A DNA stretch of 64,000 nucleotides from Azolla caroliniana (Eukaryota; Plantae; Polypodiophyta): the NCBI GenBank assembly GCA_043228905.1, contig JBHGNT010000020.1, positions 14,570,001-14,634,000 on the forward strand. The letters are read 5' to 3'. The notes below the pieces were generated by a model. It saw nothing but the letters and a program-made list of their open reading frames with translations, did no database searches and was not told the DNA's origin. Shown in pieces: positions 1 to 11,600 of this stretch. The translations under genes and the position numbers were made by a program. The first letter of the stretch is position 1. Each line of letters begins with the position of its first letter.

Positions 1-671
1 TTCTTCTTCCTCCACGAATTCTAAAACCTCTTCATCATCTTCGTCGGGTCGTGGTCGTTTGTTGTATTTCTTACGAACCGGATTTGTCTTTCTAGAATTT
101 TTTGGTGGAGTTTGTGCTTCACCACTCATCATTTCTTCTGTCACATACGGCCGCAGTGCAACTAATAAGTTGTTCATTGTTTGAATGTCTTTATGTAATG
201 ACTTGGGGTTGCAACATTCTACTACTAGGTTTCCCTGTTCAAGACACAATCGTCTAGAGCCAACAGAGCTTGAGACATCGATTATAATACTCGAAGAATC
301 ACTATCTTCATATTCTATCTTGGTTACATCTCCATAGTTAAATGTTTTTCCAAGCTCCAATTTGCCTTTACCGTTTGACTTAGCTGTTACTAAAAGCAGC
401 ACCCCATCTTCCTTGACATAAGAGAGACACCATTCTAACTCTGGGTAATTCTTATATTTAAGTTCAGATGTTTTCTCTTCCTAGGCCCCACCCTTGCTAT
501 TTTTGTTCGTTGCAACAAAAGACTTAGATGCTCCATCCCCCGTTGAGTCAAATAGAGTTCTTCTAGAGACATCTTTGACAAAAGAGTCAGAATCTCGATT
601 TGTTGGAGTTTGAATCTTTAGTTTAAACGAAGGAACTTTTTGACGAGAGTCATTGAAATTAAGACAACATC
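1..671 (-). pseudogene. Divergent orphan ORF/exon running off the window start, probably an accessory gene of the DNA element; one in-frame TAG at ~482-484
   Basis: Manual translation of the minus strand gives ~220 codons (GCCLNFNDSRQKVPSFKLK...KGGA*EEKTSELKYKNYPELEWCLSYVKEDGVLLLV...RKKYNKRPRPDEDDEEVLEFVEEEE). It is preceded by an AG acceptor-like site and has a basic NLS-like plus acidic stretch. It is absent from the ORF track. Confidence 0.55.
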
Positions 672-901
672 CTATTTAGGTTAATTACGAACAAGACCAT
701 ACTATTTGAACAAAAACGATGGAGAAAGTAGTAAAATAAAAAACAATTAAACGCAAAACACTAAAAATAGTATCAAAATGATGAGAAAACTGTGATGAGG
801 GACATAAATTTTCTATCTGCAAAACCCTATTTTTTCAATGAAAATCCGTTGCACTACATCCGATTTTCGTTGAAATGAGGGACTGCGGTTGAATCAAGGA
901 G

Positions 902-1154
902 GGAGAAGTCATGTCACAATCCTTAGTAGTGCATGGGATTGTGGTTGAATCAAGTCCTTCAACCACAATCTGATGCACACATTGGATTTTGGTTGAATGT
1001 CCTCCTTTCAACCAAAGTCTGATGCAGTGCATCGGAGTTTGGTTGAAAGGAGGGACATTCAACCACAATCTGATGCACTGCATCGAATTTTGGTTGAATG
1101 CCTTGATTCAACGACAATCCGATGCACTGCTAAGGATTGTGACATGACTTCTCC
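902..1154. repeat. Nested palindrome: 253-bp inverted repeat containing four ~50-bp hairpin units
   Basis: Arms GGAGAAGTCATGTCACAATCCTTAG...CTAAGGATTGTGACATGACTTCTCC, centre GATGCAGTGCATC (1021-1033). Internal units TGCATCGGATTGTGGTTGAA-loop-TTCAACCACAATCCGATGCA. A further degenerate unit lies at ~833-897. Confidence 0.92.
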
Positions 1155-1625
1155 TTAACCATCTAGTGAAGTTTAAGTGCATTTTAATTCAATGGTGTGT
1201 TTCCTTAACAAAATATTTGGGGATTATTGCTTATTGTGAAAAGGAATCTTTAAGGCATCTTTTAGAATCTTAAAAAATGTAAAGAATATTGCTAACCTGG
1301 TGATCTTCTTTCCCTTGTTCATGATGCTTGGCGGAGGTAGTGCTTCGGAGTGCTTGAAATTAGTCTGTGCTCTGAGCTCGAAGGATTCTTTGTCGCGATA
1401 ATGAAAATGAAAATTGAAACTTCATTATATAAAATGTTTTTCTTTTAATAAAAATTAATTTTTAATTAATATTTTTTGAAATTCTCTTCCTAAAAAGTGT
1501 TATAGTGTAACCAATAACTCATATCTAGTTCTAATAGTTATATAGTAAAGATTCAACATTCCTTAATCTTTTCTATAGAGGAGTTCGGTATATAGCCCTT
1601 TGATGGTAGTGTCGCAGGGTTTGTC

Positions 1626-4223
1626 TTGATAGTTTTGAGAATGTCTTTTTTTTCTATTGCCCCCTTTTCTTTGTCCAACAACTTGTATTTCTCAATAGAA
1701 GAGTATTATTACAAGAGACATTCGAAAGGCTCGCGTCAAAAACAGAAAAGTGAGGCTCCTAGTAGCTCGGATTCTCTTTTTTCAATTGATCTTGTTGATG
1801 GCCCTCTTCATGTAAGCTTAGAAGCGGATGATACTTCTATAGATAACAGTAGTATTAGTAAAACACTTGCATTTAAAAGAATCCCTCGACAAGTTAGTGA
1901 AAAGAGATTTAATTTTTTATGTTCTGATTGTCAACTTCTTTGCGACTTGAACAAAACATGTTGTGTGAATCTCTGCCTTTCAACTTATGGAAAGTCAAGG
2001 TTATATGAAACACGACCAAAATATTTGTCGCTTAATGGGGAAGAGCAAGAAACATTTCTTCTTTCGCATATGCAGCTTAAAATGGATCACAATGCAAGGT
2101 CTAATTCTACACAGGTTGAATATTGGACTATATACTAAGTGTTGTCAAGCCACTTTTAAAATCGCTCATAGCATTGGAAATATGCGGCTGCAAAGAGTTC
2201 AAGAGCGTCTTCTGAAGGGATCGTGGATACCATTGGATTGAAATGGTTCTGGATGTAAGGGTCAAATTGGGCAACACGCAATTAGGTGGATGGAAGTATA
2301 TTTTTCAAAACAGTGCGACATTATGCCTACGACAGGAAGACTACATTTGTCAGATAACTTTACTCGAAGGGAAGTTTACCAATCATACAAGGACGACATG
2401 TTAGTAGATGACATTTTAATCGATTGTGGAGGTTATAATTTAACAATGTGGTTATCCCACGAAAGGTACGAATGGGAGTCTGCTCAATATGTGGAAGTTT
2501 AAAAAGTATGGCCAAGGGTGGAAAATCAGATGTAGAGATAAGGAATTACAAGAACCTATTAAAAGAACATCATGAAAGTCAAGCATTGGAACGTTCTAAG
2601 GCTATGCATCACTAACAAAAAGCGCTTCAATCTCCCGAAAAGTATATGTGCATGATTTTTGATGGCATGGATCAAAAGAAGACTTGTTTGCCGCATTTCC
2701 AACGACTCCCAAAAGATATTGCAAATGAGTGCCTCGTGCAAATGCATCTAGTAGGGTGTTTGACATATTGTCAAACAATAAGGCCACAAGTATTCTTAAC
2801 TTATCCTAATATCCACAACGACCCTAATCTCTCTGTCACCGTCATGAACAGAGTATTGCAATCATGGTCAGGCATAGTACCACCAGTTCTATACGTGCAA
2901 CTAGACAACACAGCAAGAGAGGATAAAAACTCAACTGTCTTCGGTTATCTAAGCATGCTAGTAGAGAGGGGCATATTTAAAAAGATAAAGGTCAACTTCT
3001 TATTAGTTGGTCACACCCATGATCACATAGATCAAATGTTTAGTAGGTTCTCAAAGAAACTAGCTCGTTGTAATGCTTTCACGCTTACCACGCTATCAAA
3101 ATTGATAAGTGAAGCATATACACGAAAGCCTGAAGTACATCACTTGAATGAAGTGTACGACTTTAAATGTTTCTGCATGGATGGTGATGGGACTAAATGT
3201 AGGGTGCTTGCATCTCTTAATAATATAAATTGCAACCATGTCTTCCTCATAAAACAAACCTCGACCCACTTCGAGATGACAGTGTTGTTTGCAAAACAAT
3301 ACTCATCTAGTACACAATGGGAGCCCCAAGAAGGTTGTAGGCTCCTACTTCATATCCCAGATGCACCACTGCATGGTGCACAGCAAATGCCATATGATGA
3401 TCATAAAAATGTGGCACCCAATAGTTCTATTGATGAATAAAGGGCATATTGGTTGCGATGTCTTGAAAAGAAACAAAAGAATATTGATTGCACCAAGAAG
3501 TACGCCGGTGATGAGGATGTTGAATGGTGGGAGATCTTCTTCACCCATCAACGCACCATTTTAGATAATTACATCGACGGATTTTGGCCAATCCATAACC
3601 CATTCACATGGAATAATATAGAGCTTCATAATTTAGTTCGACCATAGCAAAGAGATATTTACATGGGACCAAGAAAGTCACGTATTGTTGAGGCAAGATG
3701 GCAAGGTAATTTGCAAGAACTAAAAGTTGGAATGTTGGTCGCAACATTAGCTGGGGATGATAACTTGGGCCATCCATTTTGGATTGCAAAAATTATTGAA
3801 TTAGTGAAGGATGAAGATGGCAATCAGACAAAGTCAATTGTGGTCCACTGGTATCAGACATCTTCACCTGATGCATTTACGGGAAAGTATTCTTTAGAGA
3901 TGGTTAAGGATGTCGGATGTTCAAGCAGAAAGAGAAGAAGAAAGAATATACCGAGCACAACTACTCTCGCACTAGACCGTGTTGACATACTAGTATACAA
4001 CTTCTCATTCACAAAATCCGGCCATCTAAGACAAGCCACCATCAAGATAATAAAGGAGAAAATCCTAAATATGGTATCAAACAATATACAGAGACTAACC
4101 AGAAGAAATTCTCATAACCACAAAGATGTTGGCTTGGAATTGTACGAAGATAATGAATTGATTGCCACTAATGATGAGGATGAGACATCTGAATGCTCTT
4201 CCAATCCATCAAACATGTCTTAA
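1626..4223 (+). pseudogene. Decayed DDE-type transposase (DUF7869/Sola-like) with C-terminal BAH/SH3-like domain
   Basis: CSIC...H motif at ~2480, FDGMDQKKTCLPHF, LYVQLDNTAREDKN and FLLVGHTHDHIDQMFS. ORFs 2646-3440, 3453-3647 and 3663-4223 share one frame broken by single stops. The tail contains PFWIAKI...VVHWY. The N-terminal part is frameshifted. Confidence 0.7.
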
Positions 4224-7200
4224 AATGTTGACTTGGTTCAAGCTCGGGATCATTTCACTACATGATCTGAAACTTTGTAAATTACTTTCAGATGTTAAAT
4301 CACGAATATGTATAATTATAGCTGGTAGTCATGTTGTACATTCTTTTGTAATTTTGGCGATGTATATTGTTCGGCATTTTACTTATGTCTAAAAGTGGTA
4401 GTCATGTTGAAATTCAATATATTTTGCCACATTTTTTGAAAAGCTTTACGCATGCGTCACGTCTTTTTGTAAACTTCGTGGTTCTTGATGTAGTGTTCTT
4501 AAAATGCGACATATTACTTGTTTCAAATGACCCGGTATTTAAACCATTGCACCTTGCCTACACGGATGTTTGTGTACCTATGCCCACAAGATCTTTGGGT
4601 GGTACATTGTCTTTGTTACTTATATTGATGATGCCATTAGGAAAGCTTGGGTTTATCCGATTAAGGGAAAGAATGATGTATACCCTACTTTCAGAAAATG
4701 GCTTAGTTCGGTTGAATTGGAAAATGACATAAAGCTTAAGGCTTTACGTTCGAACAATTGAGGTGGGTATACCTCTCACAAATTTGGTGACTTTTGTAAG
4801 TCTAGAGACATTCGGAGAGAGTTTATAGCGCCTTACACCCCTGTCCAAAATGGTGTGGCGGAGAGGATGAATAGAACCATTGTTGAGAGACAAGCTCAAC
4901 ATTGGGTGCGTAAACAGGTGTGTAACCCAATACGTAGACTGGATGCGTAAAAACGTATGCAAAATATGACCATGGTGGTGTTTAAACCGGAAGGCCGTTA
5001 GAACATTATTCCTCGTAAGGAATAGTTTTGGGAGTTAGTGTAGAAGGCTCATTTATGAGCGGTCAAGTACTATCAGTACTTGTGTCAGCCCGATAGCCAA
5101 GGCTTGTACAAAAGGTGCTCACGAAGCACCAAGTATGTACAGAGAACATATAGAGAATTATTTTTGAATTCAGTTTTGTATTTTCTCCTCACTTTGTCTC
5201 TCCCTCTCTTTCTCTATGATTTCTGTGTTTTACAGACCTATCGTACTTTAGAACCGTGTGTACTCTGCGCTCTTACGCATATGCTTCCGCACACGAATTC
5301 TTTTACATGGTATCAAAGCGCGAGGGTTGAGACTCCACTACAGCTGACAGAAAAAGCTTGCGATAAAGACAGAGTTAAGTTATTGTTTTCAAAAAAGATA
5401 AGACAACAATATGGATAGAGGAATGGGAAGTTTGCTATCGACTGAGAAGATCGACAGGAGCAACTATGCATCTTGGTCGTACAAGATGCATCAGTACCTG
5501 CTTGGTCATGGTTACTTGAGCTATCTCGAAGGAGCTAATGATGCATCACCCGAATCAACACATAGAGACTTTCCGGCTTGGGAACAAGCGGCAAGCAGAG
5601 TTCTTTATTGTTTTGCATCTTGTGTAAGCAACCAATTCTTGAGCTACATTCGGGATGCTAAGACGCCAAAGGACGCGTGAACGAATCTCAAGAGAATTTT
5701 CGCCGCTAGCAAAACGGCCAAGAAGCTATAGCTCAGACAAAAGGTCAGCAATGTTCAACAGAAAGATCTATCTGTGGCCAATTACGCAGCCTGAATCAAG
5801 GAGATCTACGATTCCCTCGCCTCCGTCAACGTGAACATCGAGGAGGACAAAATAGTGTAGGTTTGTCTTGGAAGGTTAGCATCAAAGTTCAGAGCATTCT
5901 GAACGGCGGTCTGCACAAGGGAGATTATGCCTTCGTTCTTCGAGCTTCAGTCAATGTTGCTCGTGGAGGAAAATCACGCAAGCGTGTCAACCAATACGCA
6001 CACCGATAGCAAAAATGTTGTACACGAAGGAAAATAGGCCCGGTAGTCGTGGCGGACGAGGTGGATCAGCGCACAATAGAGGCGTCCGAAAAGAGCAGAA
6101 CGTGTGGCATAATCGGACCCTTCGGAAGCTGGGGGAGTGATAGCGGCGCCAAAAGCCGGCAAGAGAGGGCCGCGATGGAATGCTGGTATTGTGGCAAGAA
6201 AGGCCACAGGGAGAGCAAGTGCTAGAAGAAGAGAGCCGATTTGGACAAAACCGAATCAAGCAAGAGAGACGCAAGAAGGCGTCAGAAATCGCACTACACC
6301 GAAGGCTCCAAACGAGTCAGAAATGGATCGGGCCTAGCCTTCGTAATGAAGCAAAAGGCCAATTTAATGGACGTAAACACCTCGAAATCAAGCGAGGTGT
6401 TGCATGTTGATTCCGGAGCATCAAATTATATGAAGAGTCATGAGGAATGGATCTCAAACTTGGAGAAACTGGAGAAACAAGGAATGGTCGAAATGGGAGA
6501 CAACACTTTGCATACCATCGAACATGTCGGAGAAGTTCCTCTCAGCCATGTCGGCCAGAAAGGGAAACTTATGAACGTGTTGCATGTCCCGACAATAACC
6601 AAGAACCTGGTGTCGCTCGGTCAGATAGTCGACCAGGGGATGCAAGTTTGAATCACTCACATCAGGTGCTACATCGAAGAGGAAGGCCAAGTTAACGTTG
6701 TCGTGAAGAATTTCGGCCAGAGGCGGAAACCGGGAAATATTGGCTAGATAGACGGGGTGCAGCATGTGCGATCACCCTTGTACATTTAGTGTGAATAACG
6801 AGGGCGCCTTTATGGCGCCGAAGAGTAATCAAGTCGGGACAAGAATCCCATGTAATAAGGGATTTATCCCACGCTGCTACGGATCCATCTCCTTGTTCTA
6901 TAAAAGGAAGGGAGCGCTCTTGGTGAAGGGGTTGTGCATTTTGTATTAGTAGGGTATACCGTCAGATTAAGAGACGTCCTCTCTCTTTCTCTTTCCCTTC
7001 CTCTTGTTTAGGGTTTCGTTTTTCTTCTTCTTGCCTCTGCTTCTTCCTCTTCGTCGCTCTGAGTATCGAGACTTGGCATCTCGTGTTCCTGTTTTCTGCC
7101 CGTTCTCTGTGCAAGACCCCGTTCGGCATGACAAGCCCGAGAGCTCCCCGATCGGCGGCTTGGCAGTAGACGACTGTTGTAACCTAAGCTACTTAGGTCG

Positions 7201-7518
7201 GGCCCGATACCAGTATTGTATCTTAGTCTTGTAATATATGCATGGAGGGTTCTGCGTATCGGTGTTTGTGTGGGTGTTTTGGTGTTCTCTTACCTCCGTT
7301 TCTGTACATAAGGGCGTGAGTTGGGTCAGCGTGGTGTGTGTGTGTGGGTGTGAGTCGGTGTGAGTCGGTGTCAAGTGCGCACTCTCTCTCTTTCTCTCTC
7401 CCGTTCGGTTGCTTCCGGAACGTGTCCAGAATCGTCTTCTCGGCTTCCCTTCTTCCCTCGTCCGAGACCCTCACGGTCCCGCCCTTCTACACACACGCGC
7501 GTAATAACGTGACATATT

Positions 7519-7536
7519 TGGTGAACCCGACGTGAA
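7519..7536 (+). promoter_or_regulatory. Primer binding site complementary to the tRNA-Trp 3' end
   Basis: TGGTGAACCCGACGTGAA is the reverse complement of TTCACGTCGGGTTCACCA, the 3' end of plant cytosolic tRNA-Trp as I recall it. Confidence 0.8.
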
Positions 7537-7551
7537 GGGCGGCAAGGGAGC

Positions 7552-8625
7552 ATGGAGTATGAAGAAGACGAATTCGCGCAACTTTTCGTCGAAGCAGTGA
7601 GGGAATTTGGACGAACGACATCAAGACGAGAGTCGGCGCAGCAAGCGGTCGAGCGAGTGGTCGAAAGAGTCGGCTGTTTCAACGGGGACAAAGTCCCATC
7701 TTACTTGGAGGCCTACAACGCGGAAATGTAGGAGCGAGACGTGGACGAAGCGTTGAGGCTGGAGTTCTTCTGTCGGGCTGTCGCCGTCCGTATGCACGCG
7801 GAAGTGAAGGAGCTCCGAGAAGCTCATAGCTTGTGGGAGGCCTTTGAAGACATGCTCCTACAGGCATATGGAGGATGGCGGAAGAGCCGGGGCGCAATGA
7901 AGGCGTTCCGAGAGGTCGAGCAACGGCTTGCTTGGTTCCCAGAGCAGGAACAAGGTTTGCTGGGGGCGGAAAAAGTCCTATTGTTCGTCAGGTCGATCGA
8001 CCGAGCGGAACGGGAGGCCATCGGGATTGAGCTCGAAGACGATGACGGAGCGAATGGGCTTACGGAGGACTGGTCAATGGTCGGAAGGGTGTGCCAACTA
8101 CTAGACAATGAGCGAGCCGAGAAGGCTAAGAGAAAGGCACGCGACGGCGTGCCATCACAGTGGGAAGAGGCCGAATGGCAAAGAGAGTCGGCAAGGGTTG
8201 GTGTTGGGGCCAGGATTGTGGAGGCGTATGTAGCTCTCGAGGCGATGCTCGAGGAAGAGGAAAGATCGAGGCCGCAAGCCGAGACCAAGGAGACGGACTT
8301 GCCCCACGCGATGGCAGTAGATCGGTACCACGGTACCACGGGAGAGGGTGCGGAACAAAACGCCCCCTCGACTTGCGGAGAATTGCCGACCGAGGAGAAG
8401 GTCGGGAGCGGAGAAGAGCCCTCCACGCGGATTCCGGAGACTCCGGTGGTCGAGCCCGTGTGCCGACATGAGACCGGAGAGAAGGAAGGCGCCGACGAGG
8501 AGTCCTGGCATGATGCCAGCGAAGAGGGATGGGAAATGGCCAGCGAGGAGGCCAAGGACGGAGGCGGCACGGAAAGATCGGCATTCCGATTTGGATGTAG
8601 CGTGATCCGGAGGTGGATGACTTGA
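7552..8625 (+). pseudogene. Gag-like ORF of element C with one in-frame TAG (~7729)
   Basis: MEYEEDEFAQ...VGCFNGDKVPSYLEAYNAEM*ERDVDEALRLEFF...WEAFEDMLLQAYG resembles a Gypsy capsid N-terminus. It starts 16 bp after the PBS. Confidence 0.65.
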
Positions 8626-11600
8626 CCGAAACCAGCCCAAGGCGCTAAAGATCAGGGACGGGCTACAGAGCCCGATCGGTAGGGCTCAGTTCGGTACAAT
8701 AGTGCCGGCATAGAAGAGTGTACAAAACAAATCGCCCTTTTTGACATAAGGACACAAGACGGCCAGGCGAAGGCCGCAAATCGGGAAGCTAGTGATCGAG
8801 GTTGCGGAGAGAGACCAGCAAGTTTTGGACATCGTTGCCCGAAACTCCGAACATTGGAGAATCAAGTGCAGGCGGCACTTGATCAATCGAAGTCCAGATG
8901 CTTCTCACCGAATGTGCTTGGGGAGCGGTACCCCGAACGAGCGTCCGCAAATCATTACGGGACGGAAACACCACGTCTTATCCGGAGACTCAGGTAGCCG
9001 GCAACGAGCGCCGACGTGAGACCCAGAGAGATGGGAGATGGAGGCGGGTACGCAAGAAGGAGGGCGAAGGGTTCGAAAGAAGCACAGGCGAGTGAGGATC
9101 CCGACACCGATCCAGAGACTCCGGCAGTTCGGCCAACGTGGCAATGTGAGACCTAGAGAGACGGACGGTGGCGGCGGGAAATGGGAACGACCAATGCGAA
9201 TAGACCTGGATGATAACAGGGAGGACGTGTTTCTGGATAACCAATCCAGAAGGAAGGAAATCGGTACGTTGGTACCACGGGAGAGGGTGCGGAGTAAACT
9301 GCCTGCTCGGCATGCGGAGAAGGACGACCCGAGAAAAGGGTCGGGAAGACAAATCGGAGGCCCAAGGGGGATCCTTCACACCGGATCTAGAGACTTTGGC
9401 AGTCGGCAACACGGTCGATGTAAGACCAATGTATTGACGGTGGCGGTGAGGGGACAAGGGCAGAAACGGCGAAAGAGGAAGTCCCACGAAGACACTCACA
9501 CCGATTCGGAGACTCCGGCGGCAGGCTAGTGAGAGCTGGCGTGAGTCCTGTAGGAGAGAACAGTGGCGGCAGGTGAACGCGACCAGTTGGAGAGGCTGAT
9601 GCGGAGGATGGAGGAGACAAGCGGTGGTGCCGCGACCTTACACACACTGGCCCTAGAGGCTCCGACAGTCGGCCCGAGTGCCAGCGTGAGACTTAGAGCA
9701 ACGGGCGGTGGCGGCGGCAAGGCGGGCAAACCGAGGTCCCACGAAGATCCTCACACCGATCCAGTTGTCGGCCCGAGTGTCGGCGTGAGTCCTATAGGAG
9801 AGATCGGTGGTGGCAGGTGAACGTGATCAGACGACGGAAAGCAGAGAAAGAAGGTATTAGGCCGGCAAAGCGGCTACTAACCGAATCGGACCTACCGGCA
9901 AGGTCACGAGCATAAGAAAGTCTGGTCCTACGGGATCCCCACACCGATCCGGAGACTCCGGCAGTTCGGCCAACGTGGCAACATGAGACCGAGAGAGAAG
10001 GTTGGTGGCGGCGGGAAACGGGACCCGGCGACACGAGATAGCGGATCGGGAGTCGGTAAGACGGCGGCGAACGAAGTGTGAAACCCTTACCAGCCGATTA
10101 CGGTTTCGGAAAGAGCCGGTAGGGGCAAACACGGGGAGGTGTGTCAGGCCGGAAAGGCACACCTGGGACGGAACAAGAGTCTCACAAGTGGCCATCGCGG
10201 GCCAGATCGAAGTGTGACTACGGGACGGTATTCGGCATGGGTAGTGCCGAACAAAGGAAGCAGAATACGGCACAAGGGAGGTGTCGGGAACGAGGTGACG
10301 GGTGCATAGTGGACTTCACAGGGTCGGAGTTAGGGGATGACAAGAGAGTTCAGAGGAGGATCCTCCACACTCGCTTCGTAGATCTCAGCAGCTCAGTCAG
10401 AGTAGCAAAATGCGGCAAGCCGAGATGACAAGTTGGTGGGGGTGAGGGGACGACGGCAAGCAGAAGGCTCCGGACTGTTGCAGCAACGCAAGATGAAAAG
10501 GGCCAAGCGGGCTACTATGGGGTGTGCCTCAGATGTGGAGGACAACGGTATGTGGATGAGCGACGATGCACGATCTGACCGGAAAAGGGCCGACGATGCG
10601 TGCAAAGAATCGGAGTGCGGCGCAGGCGGTGCCAAACAACGGACGAGGATATGCGGCACACGGAGGTGCCAGAGCGGAAAGGCAAGCGCGAAGGTGGGTT
10701 GCGCGGTTCGGAGGTAGCGCATAGAAGGCCAGAGAAGGATCCTCCACACCGTTCCGGAGACCTTGGCAGTTCGAGCCGATGTGGTGACGTAAGACCAAGG
10801 AGAAGGAAGGTGGCAACGAGAGGATGGAGGCAATGCGAAACAACATGGGATGACAATCAGGACCATGCGAATGGTCGACGGAAGCTAGGCGGGCCACTAC
10901 GGGCATTCCTCAAGCGGAGGACATCGGGCATTTGGCGGAGAGCGGAGCGTGCATACAGCCGAACAAGGGCCAGCGGAAGTACGCGTACTACGGAGATCGC
11001 GGCGAAGGACCAATCGACTGGTCGAACGAGCCTACGGGGAGGTAAGTGCGAAGGAAGAACTGAAGCCGACAATTCAAACCGGCAGCGAGCCGAGATGCGG
11101 ATTACGGAAGACTGGCTTCTCACCGGCCGAAATCTCTCACCCTTCACCGGATTTGGCACGTACCGGTGGACATGCGGTTTGGTGGGGGCGGATGTCGTGA
11201 AAATTTTTGGCCAGAGGCGGAAACCGGGAAGTATTGGCTACATCGACGGGGTGCAGCATGTGCAATCACCCTTGTACATTTAGTGTGAATAACGAGGGCG
11301 CCTTTATGGCGCCGAAGAGTAATCAAGTCGGGACAAGAATCCCATGTAATAAGGGATTTATCCCACGATGCTACGGATCCCTCTCCTTGTTCTATAAAAG
11401 GAAGGGAGCGCCCTTGGTGAAGGGGTTGCCCATTTTGTATTAGTAGGGTATACCATTAGATTAAGAGACGTCCTCTCTTTCTCTTTCCCTTCCTCTTGTT
11501 TAGGGTTTCGTTTTTCTTCTTCTTGCCTCTGCGTCTTCCTCTTCGTCGCTCAGAGTATCGAGCCTTGGCATCTCGTGTTCCTGTTTTCTGCCCGTTCTCT

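Noticed and set aside
835-1083. 82-aa ORF with repeated CIRLWL motif
   Set aside because: By-product of the palindromic repeat; no independent coding evidence.
902-1154. CRISPR array (palindromic repeats with spacers)
   Set aside because: Spacers are only 8-10 nt and are mirror images of each other; there are no cas genes and the context is eukaryotic.
7824-11326. Numerous overlapping ORFs in element C
   Set aside because: GC-rich, stop-poor repetitive sequence; no recognisable domains apart from the gag-like frame.
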